Source: Cenarchaeum sp.
GTDB taxonomy: Archaea; Thermoproteota; Nitrososphaeria; Nitrososphaerales; Nitrosopumilaceae
NCBI GenBank assembly: GCA_965242695.1
Contig: CBDESU010000001.1
Location: 1,152,001-1,216,000, forward strand
Reading direction: 5' to 3'
Length of the DNA: 64,000 nucleotides
Shown: positions 55,400 to 64,000 of the stretch, piece by piece
How the letters are laid out: every line of letters starts with the position of its first letter
How positions within the stretch are numbered: the stretch's first letter is position 1
The notes under the pieces: model-generated
Told to the model about the DNA's origin: nothing
What the model saw: the letters and a program-made list of their open reading frames with translations, nothing else
The model's database searches: none
Program-made: the position numbers and the translations under genes

Positions 55400-55700
55400 G
55401 GTTGCGCGCGCGGCGCCGCGGCGGGCCAGGCAGGGCGGCCCGGGTCCCGCAGGATGCTGTCGCGCATTGCGCGCCCGGCGGCGCCCTCGGGCCCGGGCTG
55501 GACGGGCTCGCCGGCAGCTGCAAGCGCATCCTCGAGGCGCCCCATGGTCCGCAGGATGCTTGCGCGCATTCCGTGGCCCGTGGAATCTTCGGGTTCGAGG
55601 AGGACCGACTCGGCGGCCGCTGCAAGGGCCTCGTCGTTGCGGCCCGGGGCGCGCGGCGCGGCGCGGCGCATCCGGCAGGCCGCGCGGCGGGACCCAGCAT
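55400..55700 (-). pseudogene. TPR remnant on the minus strand
   Basis: GRNDEALAAAAESVLLEPEDSTGHGMRASILRTMGRLEDALAA, with no coherent start or end. Confidence 0.6.
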
Positions 55701-55877
55701 TCCCGGCCCGCCGCATTCCGCGTGCATCCGGCAGGGAGCTGTAGATGCGAGGGGGTGGGGGGCGCATGCGGCACGGCCGGCGCTGCCGCCCTCCCTTCCG
55801 CGCCCTGCCCCCCCCCCCCCCCCCGTCCCCCGCCCGCCATGGGCGGATATCGCAGCAGCCTGAAACTCCCGCCAGCC

Positions 55878-56163
55878 GCCCGCCCGCACTGCATAAATCC
55901 CGACGCGCGGGCCGCGCGTGCATGGGAGGCGGGGCCAAGAAGGGCCGGGGCGGCGGGGATCCAAAGAGATCCCCCCTCCGAGAGGGCCTTCGCGCAGGTC
56001 GGGGGCGCGGATCCCCTTCCCGCGCCGGGCGGCGGCAGCGCCCATGACCGCATGAGGCGGGGAGCGGCCCTGCTCGCCCGCGGCAGGTTCGAGGAGTCGC
56101 TCGCCGAGTGCGACGAGGCCGTGCGGCTGGATCCCCGCGGCTGCAAGGCCCACGGGGTGCGCG
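55878..56163 (+). repeat. ~285-bp direct repeat, left copy (promoter + truncated, frameshifted 5' end of the 58293 TPR gene)
   Basis: Matches 58249-58533 with a few substitutions and a C6 versus C5 tract. Identity ends at cacggggtgcgcg. Confidence 0.92.
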
Positions 56164-56223
56164 TAGAGGGAATGGAGATCGACGGCGAGGCGGCAGTGCT
56201 GGCAGTGAGCGGGCACGGCAAGC

Positions 56224-56733
56224 CTAGTGCGCAGGCGGCATGTTTGCGGCCATCCACCGCGGCAGGTTCTCGATGGGCTCGAGATCGTCCATGTGCTTTG
56301 TCATCTTGTGTGTTATGCCCTGCCCCCTAGCCATTCGCACTAAGCGGCCGGCAGCGCCGGACTCCACAACGCGCTTGGGCCATACGCCAAAGCGCAGGGA
56401 TTCGGGCGACACAGCCAACGCTAGCAGGTAGTCATATCCCACATCTAGGCGTATATGATTGAACTGGAAGCTGCGGTTGCGTCCCTCCGATGCGGTCTTC
56501 ACCTCGAATTTTTTTCCTCCAACTTCTATGTCATACACGCTAGAGCGCGAGCCCATACGGCTCGCCTCGATTCCGTGTCGGCAGAGATAGCGGATCAAAA
56601 ATTGCTCTCCTACCGTGCCCCGTGTCGTATTGTGGAGGTTTCGAAACGCTTCCAACGTTGCTCCTTCCCACATGCCGGTTTTTTCTCTGTACTCCACGAT
56701 GACGTCCAGCATCATGTCGACGGCGTCAGTCAT
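56224..56733 (-). CDS. Putative PD-(D/E)XK restriction endonuclease
   Basis: GTVGE...YDIEVGGKKFEVKTA...FQFNHIR. ATGA overlap with the MTase stop. Confidence 0.75.
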   Translation of the reverse strand: MTDAVDMMLDVIVEYREKTGMWEGATLEAFRNLHNTTRGTVGEQFLIRYLCRHGIEASRMGSRSSVYDIEVGGKKFEVKTASEGRNRSFQFNHIRLDVGYDYLLALAVSPESLRFGVWPKRVVESGAAGRLVRMARGQGITHKMTKHMDDLEPIENLPRWMAANMPPAH

Positions 56734-57575
56734 GTTTCAGGCCGCCACAAGCTTCCGGCATTCCCGCGCTTCCAGAACACGAGAAAGTACGAGTGGTTCT
56801 TTCTCGCATGCACCTGCCTAACCATCCTGCTCACGCCCGGCCGGTTCCGCCGGACAACCACGAACATGTCCTCGGCGACAAGGCCCATTTTTTCATAGAT
56901 TTTCATAAGCTCCACGTGCGTGAATCGCTGTCTGTTGGCGCACACCTCGTCCTGACACTTTACGATGAATACGCCGTTGTCCCGCAGTACCCTGCACGCC
57001 TCGGCCCCTGCCTCGTCGTACAGGTCGATCACCGCCTGGTGGTACTTTGAGCAGGTCTGGCCTCCCGAGCCGTTGTTTCTGTAGTGGTGCTCAAACGCCG
57101 CGTGGGTTGCGTGCGCCGTCCCGCCGGGCGAGTGCATGTACGGCGGATCAAGGACGACGCAGTCCACCTCCCCGTCCCCGTATGGAAGGCAGCGGCAGTC
57201 GGTGCCGGTAGATATGTCCGTGGCCTTGACATTGTACAGGCCGCGCGGGACGTTCTTCCAGAATACGCCCTTCCCGTACGTCACGTCGGCCACGGTGCAG
57301 CCCGGCCTTACGTAGAGCCGCAGTATGTCGGGAAACACAACGTCGTTGCCGTCGGTGCTTGCGCTGAGCACAAGATCGTTGGAGGGCCTCCCGTTTCTGA
57401 CGACGCGCCTTCGCCTGGCCGCTCCGCCCCGCGCCGCATCGGTGCCGCCGCCCCCCGAGCCTGCCGGCGCCGACGGGCCCAGTTGCGGGCGACGCAAAGA
57501 GGCCGCATGCCGCGCCCGCGGCGCCGCATGAGCCGCCCTGCCCTTGGCTTCACGGCGGTTCTGCGGCGCCTTCAT
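56730..57575 (-). CDS. Amino (N6A/N4C) DNA methyltransferase
   Basis: Motif I VADVTYGKG precedes motif IV LDPPY. TATAAT at ~57600-57606 places the start at ATG 57575. Confidence 0.87.
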   Translation of the reverse strand: MKAPQNRREAKGRAAHAAPRARHAASLRRPQLGPSAPAGSGGGGTDAARGGAARRRRVVRNGRPSNDLVLSASTDGNDVVFPDILRLYVRPGCTVADVTYGKGVFWKNVPRGLYNVKATDISTGTDCRCLPYGDGEVDCVVLDPPYMHSPGGTAHATHAAFEHHYRNNGSGGQTCSKYHQAVIDLYDEAGAEACRVLRDNGVFIVKCQDEVCANRQRFTHVELMKIYEKMGLVAEDMFVVVRRNRPGVSRMVRQVHARKNHSYFLVFWKRGNAGSLWRPET

Positions 57576-58292
57576 GCGGCCGCACCCGCCGCTGGCCGTA
57601 TTATATTGCTTGGGCGCAAGATCCATGATGCCGGCTCCACTCGGCCGGCGTTCGGCGCCAAGATGAGGGGCGAGGCACAAGGGCGGCCAGGGCGCGCCAG
57701 ATCGGCGGCGCGCATGGTGACTCCGCCAAGTCGGCACCATCACAGTTGCGCACCACCGCGCCGCATGCGCCTGCGCCGCCATGGCGAGGCAACACGCGTC
57801 CGCTGCTTTTGGTAGGGCTGTCACGGCAGCAAGATGCCAAGGGCGCTGGCTGTGTGCGCATCACGCACACCGCCCGGGGCAGGCTAATACGATCATAGTG
57901 ACGAGGATGCAGGCGGCGCACAGTGCGCTGCAGAACCTGCCCGGCAGCTGAGGGGCAACGCGGCTGGACGCATGCGGTCAGGATCACAGGTTCGCGGCCC
58001 GGCTGGCGGCGCCTGCGCCGCTGCCACACGCGCCACGAGGCCGTCGGCTGGCGGCGGGCATGCCCCAAGTCGATGCCGCCGCACGAGATTTCCGCGCCGC
58101 CCTGCGCGGGTTCGACTCATACTACGCTCCCATGCCACTATGTAGAGCAGTGCACTCACACGGTCTAAACCGTTGTCGGTTCAATCGCGACCGTGCCCCG
58201 TAGACCCCAGCTGTGCGCCCCGGAAGGCTCGCACCATCCTGGCAGATTGCCCACCCGCACTGCATAAATCCCGACGCGCGGGCCGCGCGTGC

Positions 58293-60305
58293 ATGGGAGG
58301 CGGGGCCAAGAAGGGCCGGGGCGGCGGGGATCCAAAGAGATCCCCCTCCGAGAGGGCCTTCGCGCAGGTCGGGGGCGCGGATCCCCTTCCCGCGCCGGGC
58401 GGCGGCAGCGCCCAGGACCGCATGAGGCGAGGAGCGGCGCTGCTCGCCCGCGGCAGGTTCGAGGAGTCGCTCGCCGAGTGCGACGAGGCCGTTCGGCTGG
58501 ATCCCCGCGGCTGCAAGGCCCACGGGGTGCGCGGCGCCGCCCTGCGCAACCTGGGCCGCGTCGACGAGGCCCTTGCATCGTACGACGAGGCCGCGCGGCT
58601 AGAGCCCCGCGGCGCGCCGTGGCACATGGGGAGGGGCAGCGTCCTGCTGGATATGGGCAGGTACGGGGAGGCGCTTGCGGCGTACGGCGAGGGCGCGCGG
58701 CTCGGCCCCGGCATCTCGGCAGGCCACGAGGGGATGGGCAGGGCGCTGCTCGGCCTCGGGCGGTTCGAGGAGGCGCTCGCCGCGTTCGACGAGTCTGCGC
58801 GGCTGGATCCCAAGACTTTTGACAGCTACGAGGGGAGGGGCAGGGCGCTGCTCGGCCTCGGCAGGGCCGATGACGCGCTCGCCGCGTTCGACGAGGCCGT
58901 GCAGCGGGGTCCCCGCAGGCCGGCCTGCCACGAGGGGAGGGGCAGGGCGCTGCTCGGCCTCGGCAGGTCAAAGGGCGCGCTCGCGTCGTTCGACAGGGCC
59001 GCGCGCCTGGACCCGGGCAGCGCCGAGGCGCACGAGGGGCGCGGCCTGGCGCTGCTCGGCCTCGGCAGGCTGGAAGAGGCCCTTGCCGCGTGCAGGGAGG
59101 CGGCGCAGCTAGAGCCGGAAAGCGCCGCGATGCGAAAGGCGCTCGGCGCCGTGCTGCTCGACATGGGGCGCCTCAAGGGGGCGCTGTCCGAGATCAACAG
59201 GGCCGTGCGGCTCGAGCCCGGCGCCGCGGGCGCGCCGGCCCTCGTCCTGCGCGGCAGCATCCTTATGGCCATGTCTCGGTATGGCAGGGCCGCGCGCGAC
59301 TTTAGGAGCGCCGCGAGGCTGGACCCGGGCAGCGCCGAGGCGCACGTGCGGCTCGGGGCGGCGTACGGGATGCTCGGCAGGCACAAGATGGCGATCGCAT
59401 CGATAGGGAGTGGGATTCGCATCGACCCGAAGGACCCGCGCTCGCACGTGGCCCGCGGCAAGGCGCTGCTCTGGGCCGGCCGCGCCGGCAAGTCCCTTGC
59501 CGCGTTCGACGAGGCCGCGCGGCTGGATCCGCAAATGGCCGCCGCCCGCGAGGGGAGGGGGCAGGCGCTGCTCAAGGCAGGCAGGCGTAAGAGGGCGCTC
59601 GCCGCGTTCGACGAGGCGCTGCGGCTCGAGCCCCGCTCCTCGGCGGCCCACCTGGGCAGGGGCCACGCGCTGCTTGCGCTCGGCAGGCGCAAAAAGGCGG
59701 CCGCCGCGCTCAAGGAGGCGGCGCGGCTAGAGCCCCGCGGCGCGCCGGTGCAGCAGATAGTCGGCCGGACGCTGCTCGGGATGAACCGGCACAGGGGGGC
59801 GCTGGCCGCGTTCACAAGGGCCGCATCGCTCGAGCCCGGCTCGTGCGCCAACCACCTGGGCAGGGGCGAGGCGCTGCTTGCGCTCGGCAGGCGCGAAGAG
59901 GCGCTGGATGCTCTCAAGAGGGCCGCATCGCTCGATCCGGACAGTGCCGAGGCGCGGTTCCGGCTCGGCTCGGCCCTCTCCGATGCCGGGCGCCGCGAAG
60001 AGGCGCTTGCCGAGTTTGACGAGGCCGCGCGGATCGAGCCCCGCATCGCGATGGCCCACTATCGGCGCGGCATGGAGCTGATCGGCCTCGGCAGGCACAA
60101 AGAGGCGCTCGCCGCCCTAGACGAGGCGGCCCGACTCGAGCCCGGGGAGGTGAGCATCCGCATATCGCGCGCAACCGCGCTAGTCGGCCTCGGCAGGGTG
60201 CAGGATGCGCGGGGCGCCCTCGACGAGGCGGCACGGATCGATCCTGGCAACGATGAGATAGCCAGGACGCGCAGGGAGCTGGACAGGATTGCGGACGGGC
60301 GGTAG
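58293..60305 (+). CDS. Long TPR-repeat protein
   Basis: Motif at 58257 and ATG 58293. Paralogue of 34638. Confidence 0.92.
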   Translation: MGGGAKKGRGGGDPKRSPSERAFAQVGGADPLPAPGGGSAQDRMRRGAALLARGRFEESLAECDEAVRLDPRGCKAHGVRGAALRNLGRVDEALASYDEAARLEPRGAPWHMGRGSVLLDMGRYGEALAAYGEGARLGPGISAGHEGMGRALLGLGRFEEALAAFDESARLDPKTFDSYEGRGRALLGLGRADDALAAFDEAVQRGPRRPACHEGRGRALLGLGRSKGALASFDRAARLDPGSAEAHEGRGLALLGLGRLEEALAACREAAQLEPESAAMRKALGAVLLDMGRLKGALSEINRAVRLEPGAAGAPALVLRGSILMAMSRYGRAARDFRSAARLDPGSAEAHVRLGAAYGMLGRHKMAIASIGSGIRIDPKDPRSHVARGKALLWAGRAGKSLAAFDEAARLDPQMAAAREGRGQALLKAGRRKRALAAFDEALRLEPRSSAAHLGRGHALLALGRRKKAAAALKEAARLEPRGAPVQQIVGRTLLGMNRHRGALAAFTRAASLEPGSCANHLGRGEALLALGRREEALDALKRAASLDPDSAEARFRLGSALSDAGRREEALAEFDEAARIEPRIAMAHYRRGMELIGLGRHKEALAALDEAARLEPGEVSIRISRATALVGLGRVQDARGALDEAARIDPGNDEIARTRRELDRIADGR

Positions 60306-60585
60306 GGGCTGCAGGGGCGGCAGCATGCCGCGGCCACTGTGCGCCGCGTCGGGTCGTGGCGGGGAGCAAAGCGGGCCGCGGGCGGCACGCGGCCGCATGC
60401 CGGCCCCCCCCCCTCCCCCTTGCGCCGCGCCAGGCCCGATGCGCGGGCGGGCCGGCGCCGCGCAGCCGTCCCCTCCCCCCTCTCCCCGCCGCACTGTCCG
60501 CGGCACCCCCGAAGTACGACGGATTCATACCGTATGACTAAGTGAAAAATACAACAGTTAAATACAACTACATGGGCGCCCCTGC

Positions 60586-62868
60586 GTGGGCAGGGACAGG
60601 TACAGGTATCCGATCACGTCGCACATGATCAAGCAGGGCCTGCACGACGCGATCGTGAGGGCCGCCGAGAACAAGAGCGAATCGGGCGGCACGAACCCGC
60701 GCATCAAGAGGAGCATAGTCATCGAATCGATGTCGGTCGCCGAAATGATCATGAAGGATGCGATCGAGGAGTACCGGAGGCGCAGGGGCGGCGACAAGCC
60801 CGTGGACGTGTTCGTAGAGGATGTCGGGGCCGAGGCGTCGGTTCCCCAGGCGCGCATCGATGCGGCGATGCAGGTCCGGATGACCCTAGCCGCCTTCAGG
60901 GACGCGGCAGTCCAGTGCAGGATGCGCCCCATGGTGGAGCTGCTCGACAGCGAGGACGGCTCGCGGGGCGTAAAGTCCATGGCCGACCAGCGGCACGGCT
61001 ACATCCACTCGTTCTCGAGGGATCCCGCCGACGACGGCGCCGCATGCAGGACGGTCGACGCGATGCTCGTCGCCGCGTTCGACGGACGCCCTGCAGAGAT
61101 GGCCGCAACCCGGCTCATAGAGGGCATCCACATGGAGGCGGCGGGGCGCATCGAAGAGGCCATGGCCGCGCACCGGGCGGCCCTGGAGGTATGCCGCGAC
61201 TACCTGGCAGGCGGTGGGAGGGAGGCCTGGGCGCACCTCTGCGCCGGCCATGCGCTGTCCCACCTGGGGCGCGATGACGAGTCCGAGGCGGCGTTCCACA
61301 GGGCCGTTCGGGCGGATCCGAGCGGCCCCGGCGCGCACCTGCAGCTCGGCCACCTGGCGCTGCTCGGCGGCAGGTATCATGATGCCGACAGGATGTATTC
61401 GAGGGCCATCGAGCTGGACCCGTCGTATTCCCCGGCGCGCGTGTTCAGGGGGCATGCGCGGCTCATGGTCAAGGGATCCGACGGCAGGCTCGCGCTGCTG
61501 GAGTACGACCTGGGGCTCGCGCTGGATCCCCACGACATATCGGGGCACGTTGGGCGGGGGCTGTCGCTTGCCAGGCGCGGCCTGCACGGCGAGGCCGCCG
61601 CGCACTTTGAGAGGGCGATAGGCATCGACCCCGACGACGCCGCCTCGTACGTGGCCCTCGGCCACGCAAGGGCCGCAGAGGGCAGGGATGCCGAGGCCGG
61701 CGATGCGTACGGAAAGGCGATAGAGGTCGGCTCCGGGACCGCGGCATGGTTTGCCCTGTCAAGCGTCAGGATCGACCGGGCGGCCCGCATGAGGCACAGG
61801 CTGGGAGGCGTGTCGGCGCACCTTGGAATGGCAGGCGTCCTTTTCAGGGCCGGCCGCCACGAGGAGGCGCTGAAGCACTACAGGGAGGCGGCAGCCCTCG
61901 ACGGCGGCAGCGCCGGCGCGCATGCAGGCGCTGGAAGGATGCTGAGCATTCTCGGGCAGTGGGAGGAGGCCGTCCCGGCGTACCGCGAGGCGATAGGGAT
62001 CGATCCGCGCAACGCGGAGGCGCGGCGGGGGCTGGCCGACTCGCTCTCAAAGTCGGGGCGGTTCGAGGAGGCCGTCCCGGCGTACCGCGAGGCGATAGGG
62101 ATCGATCCGCGCAACGCGGAGGCGCGGCGGGGGCTGGCCGACTCGCTCTCAAAGTCGGGGCGGTTCGAGGAGGCCGTCCCGGCGTACCGCGAGGCGATAG
62201 GGATCGATCCGCGCAACGCGGAGGCGCGGCGGGGGCTGGCCGACTCGCTCTCAAAGTCGGGGCGGTTCGAGGAGGCCGTCCCGGCGTACCGCGAGGCGAT
62301 AGGGATCGATCCGCGCAACGCGGAGGCGCGGCGGGGGCTGGCCGACTCGCTCTCAAAGTCGGGGCGGTTCGAGGAGGCCGTCCCGGCGTACCGCGAGGCG
62401 ATAGGGATCGATCCGCGCAACGCGGAGGCGCGGCGGGGGCTGGCCGACTCGCTCTCAAAGTCGGGGCGGTTCGAGGAGGCCGTCCCGGCGTACCGCGAGG
62501 CGATAGGGATCGATCCGCGCAACGCGGAGGCGCGGCGGGGGCTGGCCGACTCGCTCTCAAAGTCGGGGCGGTTCGAGGAGGCCGTCCCGGCGTACCGCGA
62601 GGCGATAGGGATTGATCCGCGCAACGCGGAGGCGCGGCGGGGGCTGGCCGACTCGCTCTCAAAGTCGGGGCGGTTCGAGGAGGCCGTCCCGGCGTACCGC
62701 GAGGCGATAGGGATCGATCCGCGCAACGCGGAGGCGCGGCGGGGGCTGGCCCACGCGCTGTCCATGACGGGCAGGAGTGCAGAGGCGCGGCGGGAATACG
62801 AGCGCGCCGCGGCGCTCGATCCCGCGGAGCGAGATCGCGCCAGGAGACCCAACGATTGGGGCGCATAG
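60586..62868 (+). CDS. Divergent HEPN-like domain + TPR protein with an amplified TPR block
   Basis: GTTAAATA at 60557. N-terminal domain has SMSVAEMIMK and RHGYIH (RxxxxH), followed by TPRs. Confidence 0.82.
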   Translation: MGRDRYRYPITSHMIKQGLHDAIVRAAENKSESGGTNPRIKRSIVIESMSVAEMIMKDAIEEYRRRRGGDKPVDVFVEDVGAEASVPQARIDAAMQVRMTLAAFRDAAVQCRMRPMVELLDSEDGSRGVKSMADQRHGYIHSFSRDPADDGAACRTVDAMLVAAFDGRPAEMAATRLIEGIHMEAAGRIEEAMAAHRAALEVCRDYLAGGGREAWAHLCAGHALSHLGRDDESEAAFHRAVRADPSGPGAHLQLGHLALLGGRYHDADRMYSRAIELDPSYSPARVFRGHARLMVKGSDGRLALLEYDLGLALDPHDISGHVGRGLSLARRGLHGEAAAHFERAIGIDPDDAASYVALGHARAAEGRDAEAGDAYGKAIEVGSGTAAWFALSSVRIDRAARMRHRLGGVSAHLGMAGVLFRAGRHEEALKHYREAAALDGGSAGAHAGAGRMLSILGQWEEAVPAYREAIGIDPRNAEARRGLADSLSKSGRFEEAVPAYREAIGIDPRNAEARRGLADSLSKSGRFEEAVPAYREAIGIDPRNAEARRGLADSLSKSGRFEEAVPAYREAIGIDPRNAEARRGLADSLSKSGRFEEAVPAYREAIGIDPRNAEARRGLADSLSKSGRFEEAVPAYREAIGIDPRNAEARRGLADSLSKSGRFEEAVPAYREAIGIDPRNAEARRGLADSLSKSGRFEEAVPAYREAIGIDPRNAEARRGLAHALSMTGRSAEARREYERAAALDPAERDRARRPNDWGA
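61963..62751 (+). repeat. 102-bp near-perfect tandem repeat, ~7.7 copies (one TPR each)
   Basis: Units start at 61963, 62065, 62167, 62269, 62371, 62473, 62575 and 62677. Only one synonymous variant was seen (~62613). Confidence 0.96.
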
Positions 62869-62924
62869 CGCCGCAAGCGAGTGACACGCGCGCCGGTGTA
62901 GATCACATCCTCGTGCAACGTGGC

Positions 62925-63997
62925 AAAAAAAACGCCCCGGTTTTGGCGCTTGTCAGCCCCCCCTCCCTCCCAGAGACCACGCAGTTAATCTTTGCCCAAA
63001 AACCGATTAAATTGGAAGCCTTATCCCAGGTGCCCGAAGTGGGGACAGTGCCAGACTAAAAAACATCAGATGATTCCAATGCATCTAGCAGGATCGGCGG
63101 GTCACCATCTCAATGTACTCGCGTTCAAAGTCCTTGAAGTTGTCCACCATGATCTGCTTGTTCATAGCCTCATCTATGTTGCTCCTGATGCGCTTGTCCA
63201 AGCTCTGATCTATGCGCCTGTTTATGCTCTCGTCAAGGCTCCGATCTATGCGCCTGTTTATGCTCTCGTCAAGGCTCCGATCTATGCGCCTGTTTATGCT
63301 CTCGTCAAGCTTCCGGTCAAAATACTCGGCAATGGTCTCCCCCGTGCGCCGCTCATAGTCCACCCGGGACCGCTCTATATAGTCCTCGCGGCCGTCCTCG
63401 GGCATGTTTTTGAGCCATCCCTCGTACCACTCTAGCCACTCCGTGTCGTTCCTAGCCTTTGCATCAATGCAGAGGATCTCGAGGAAGAAGTCAAACGGCA
63501 CGTCGCACCTCTGCGCCTGCCTCGCCGCCGGCTGCCCCGCAGCGTCCTTTCGCCGCACGGCGGGGCCGCTGCCGCCGGGCGGCGGCTCCTGCCTTGTCAC
63601 GCTCATCAAACCGCGGCCGCAGGGGTGCCATATAAGTATACATATAGGGCGTAGATCGTGCAGGCAGGGCGGTCCGGCGCGGGCAGGCGCGGCGATGCCC
63701 CGCCAGGCCAGGCGGGCCCCTGCACACCGACTTCATCGGTCTCGTCGCCGGGACGGAAGGCGTTGCATGGCTCAGGGCGAACAGGGTTCGCCACGCCCGG
63801 CATGGCCATGCGGCTCGATCCCGACGCGGCCATACCCGCACGGGAAGGGACGCTGGCCTAGCGCCGCAGGCAGGAGCGGCCGCAACATCCCGTGCATGTG
63901 GCCCGGCTGGAAGCTGCGGCCGCGCCCCTCCGACGCCGTCTTCGCCCCGAATTCGTAAAAAAACGCCCCGGTTTTGGCGCTTGTCAGCCCCCCCCCC
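62925..63997 (+). repeat. ~38-bp direct repeat AAAAAAACGCCCCGGTTTTGGCGCTTGTCAGCCCCCCC at ~62925 and ~63957
   Basis: Exact match by eye. The copies flank the 63085 gene and a TPR remnant. Confidence 0.85.
63085..63606 (-). CDS. Acidic helical protein with 12-aa repeats (LDESINRRIDRS x3), convergent on the HEPN-TPR gene
   Basis: AT-rich box at 63630-63646 upstream. 36-bp repeats at ~63209-63310. Confidence 0.8.
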   Translation of the reverse strand: MSVTRQEPPPGGSGPAVRRKDAAGQPAARQAQRCDVPFDFFLEILCIDAKARNDTEWLEWYEGWLKNMPEDGREDYIERSRVDYERRTGETIAEYFDRKLDESINRRIDRSLDESINRRIDRSLDESINRRIDQSLDKRIRSNIDEAMNKQIMVDNFKDFEREYIEMVTRRSC

Positions 63998-64000
63998 CCT

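Noticed and set aside
34673-62918. Long minus-strand ORFs opposite TPR genes (e.g. 34673..36241, 35577..37739, 51326..53557)
   Set aside because: Antisense shadows of the TPR coding sequences.

Overview
GC-rich archaeal-looking window: TATA boxes sit about 29-31 nt before leaderless starts. The gene content resembles host-associated Nitrosopumilaceae/Cenarchaeum-like genomes (inference, not verified). No rRNA, tRNA or CRISPR array was seen. Contents, in order: (1) 1-19.5 kb, a giant modular surface-protein gene on the minus strand (>6,400 aa) that runs off the left edge. (2) 20-29 kb, a tandem array of predicted HEPN(RxxxxH)-TPR genes; the first three are each followed by a convergent 60-64 aa acidic ORF, and an ISH3-like IS (5-bp TSD) interrupts the array. 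(3) 31-60 kb, eight intact TPR-only paralogues sharing one 14-bp promoter motif. They are interleaved with defence genes: YwgA/SocA-like, frameshifted HgiDII-like GHKL-nuclease, ImmA/IrrE plus frameshifted PIN, and an MTase-REase pair inside a ~285-bp duplication. A second surface protein also lies here. (4) 60.6-64 kb, a divergent HEPN-TPR gene with ~7.7 near-identical 102-bp repeats, again followed by a convergent acidic ORF. Best candidates for new biology: the HEPN-TPR plus convergent small-protein system, G11 tracts that may phase-switch both surface proteins, and the TPR regulon. All calls come from reading the sequence by eye; no database searches were run.
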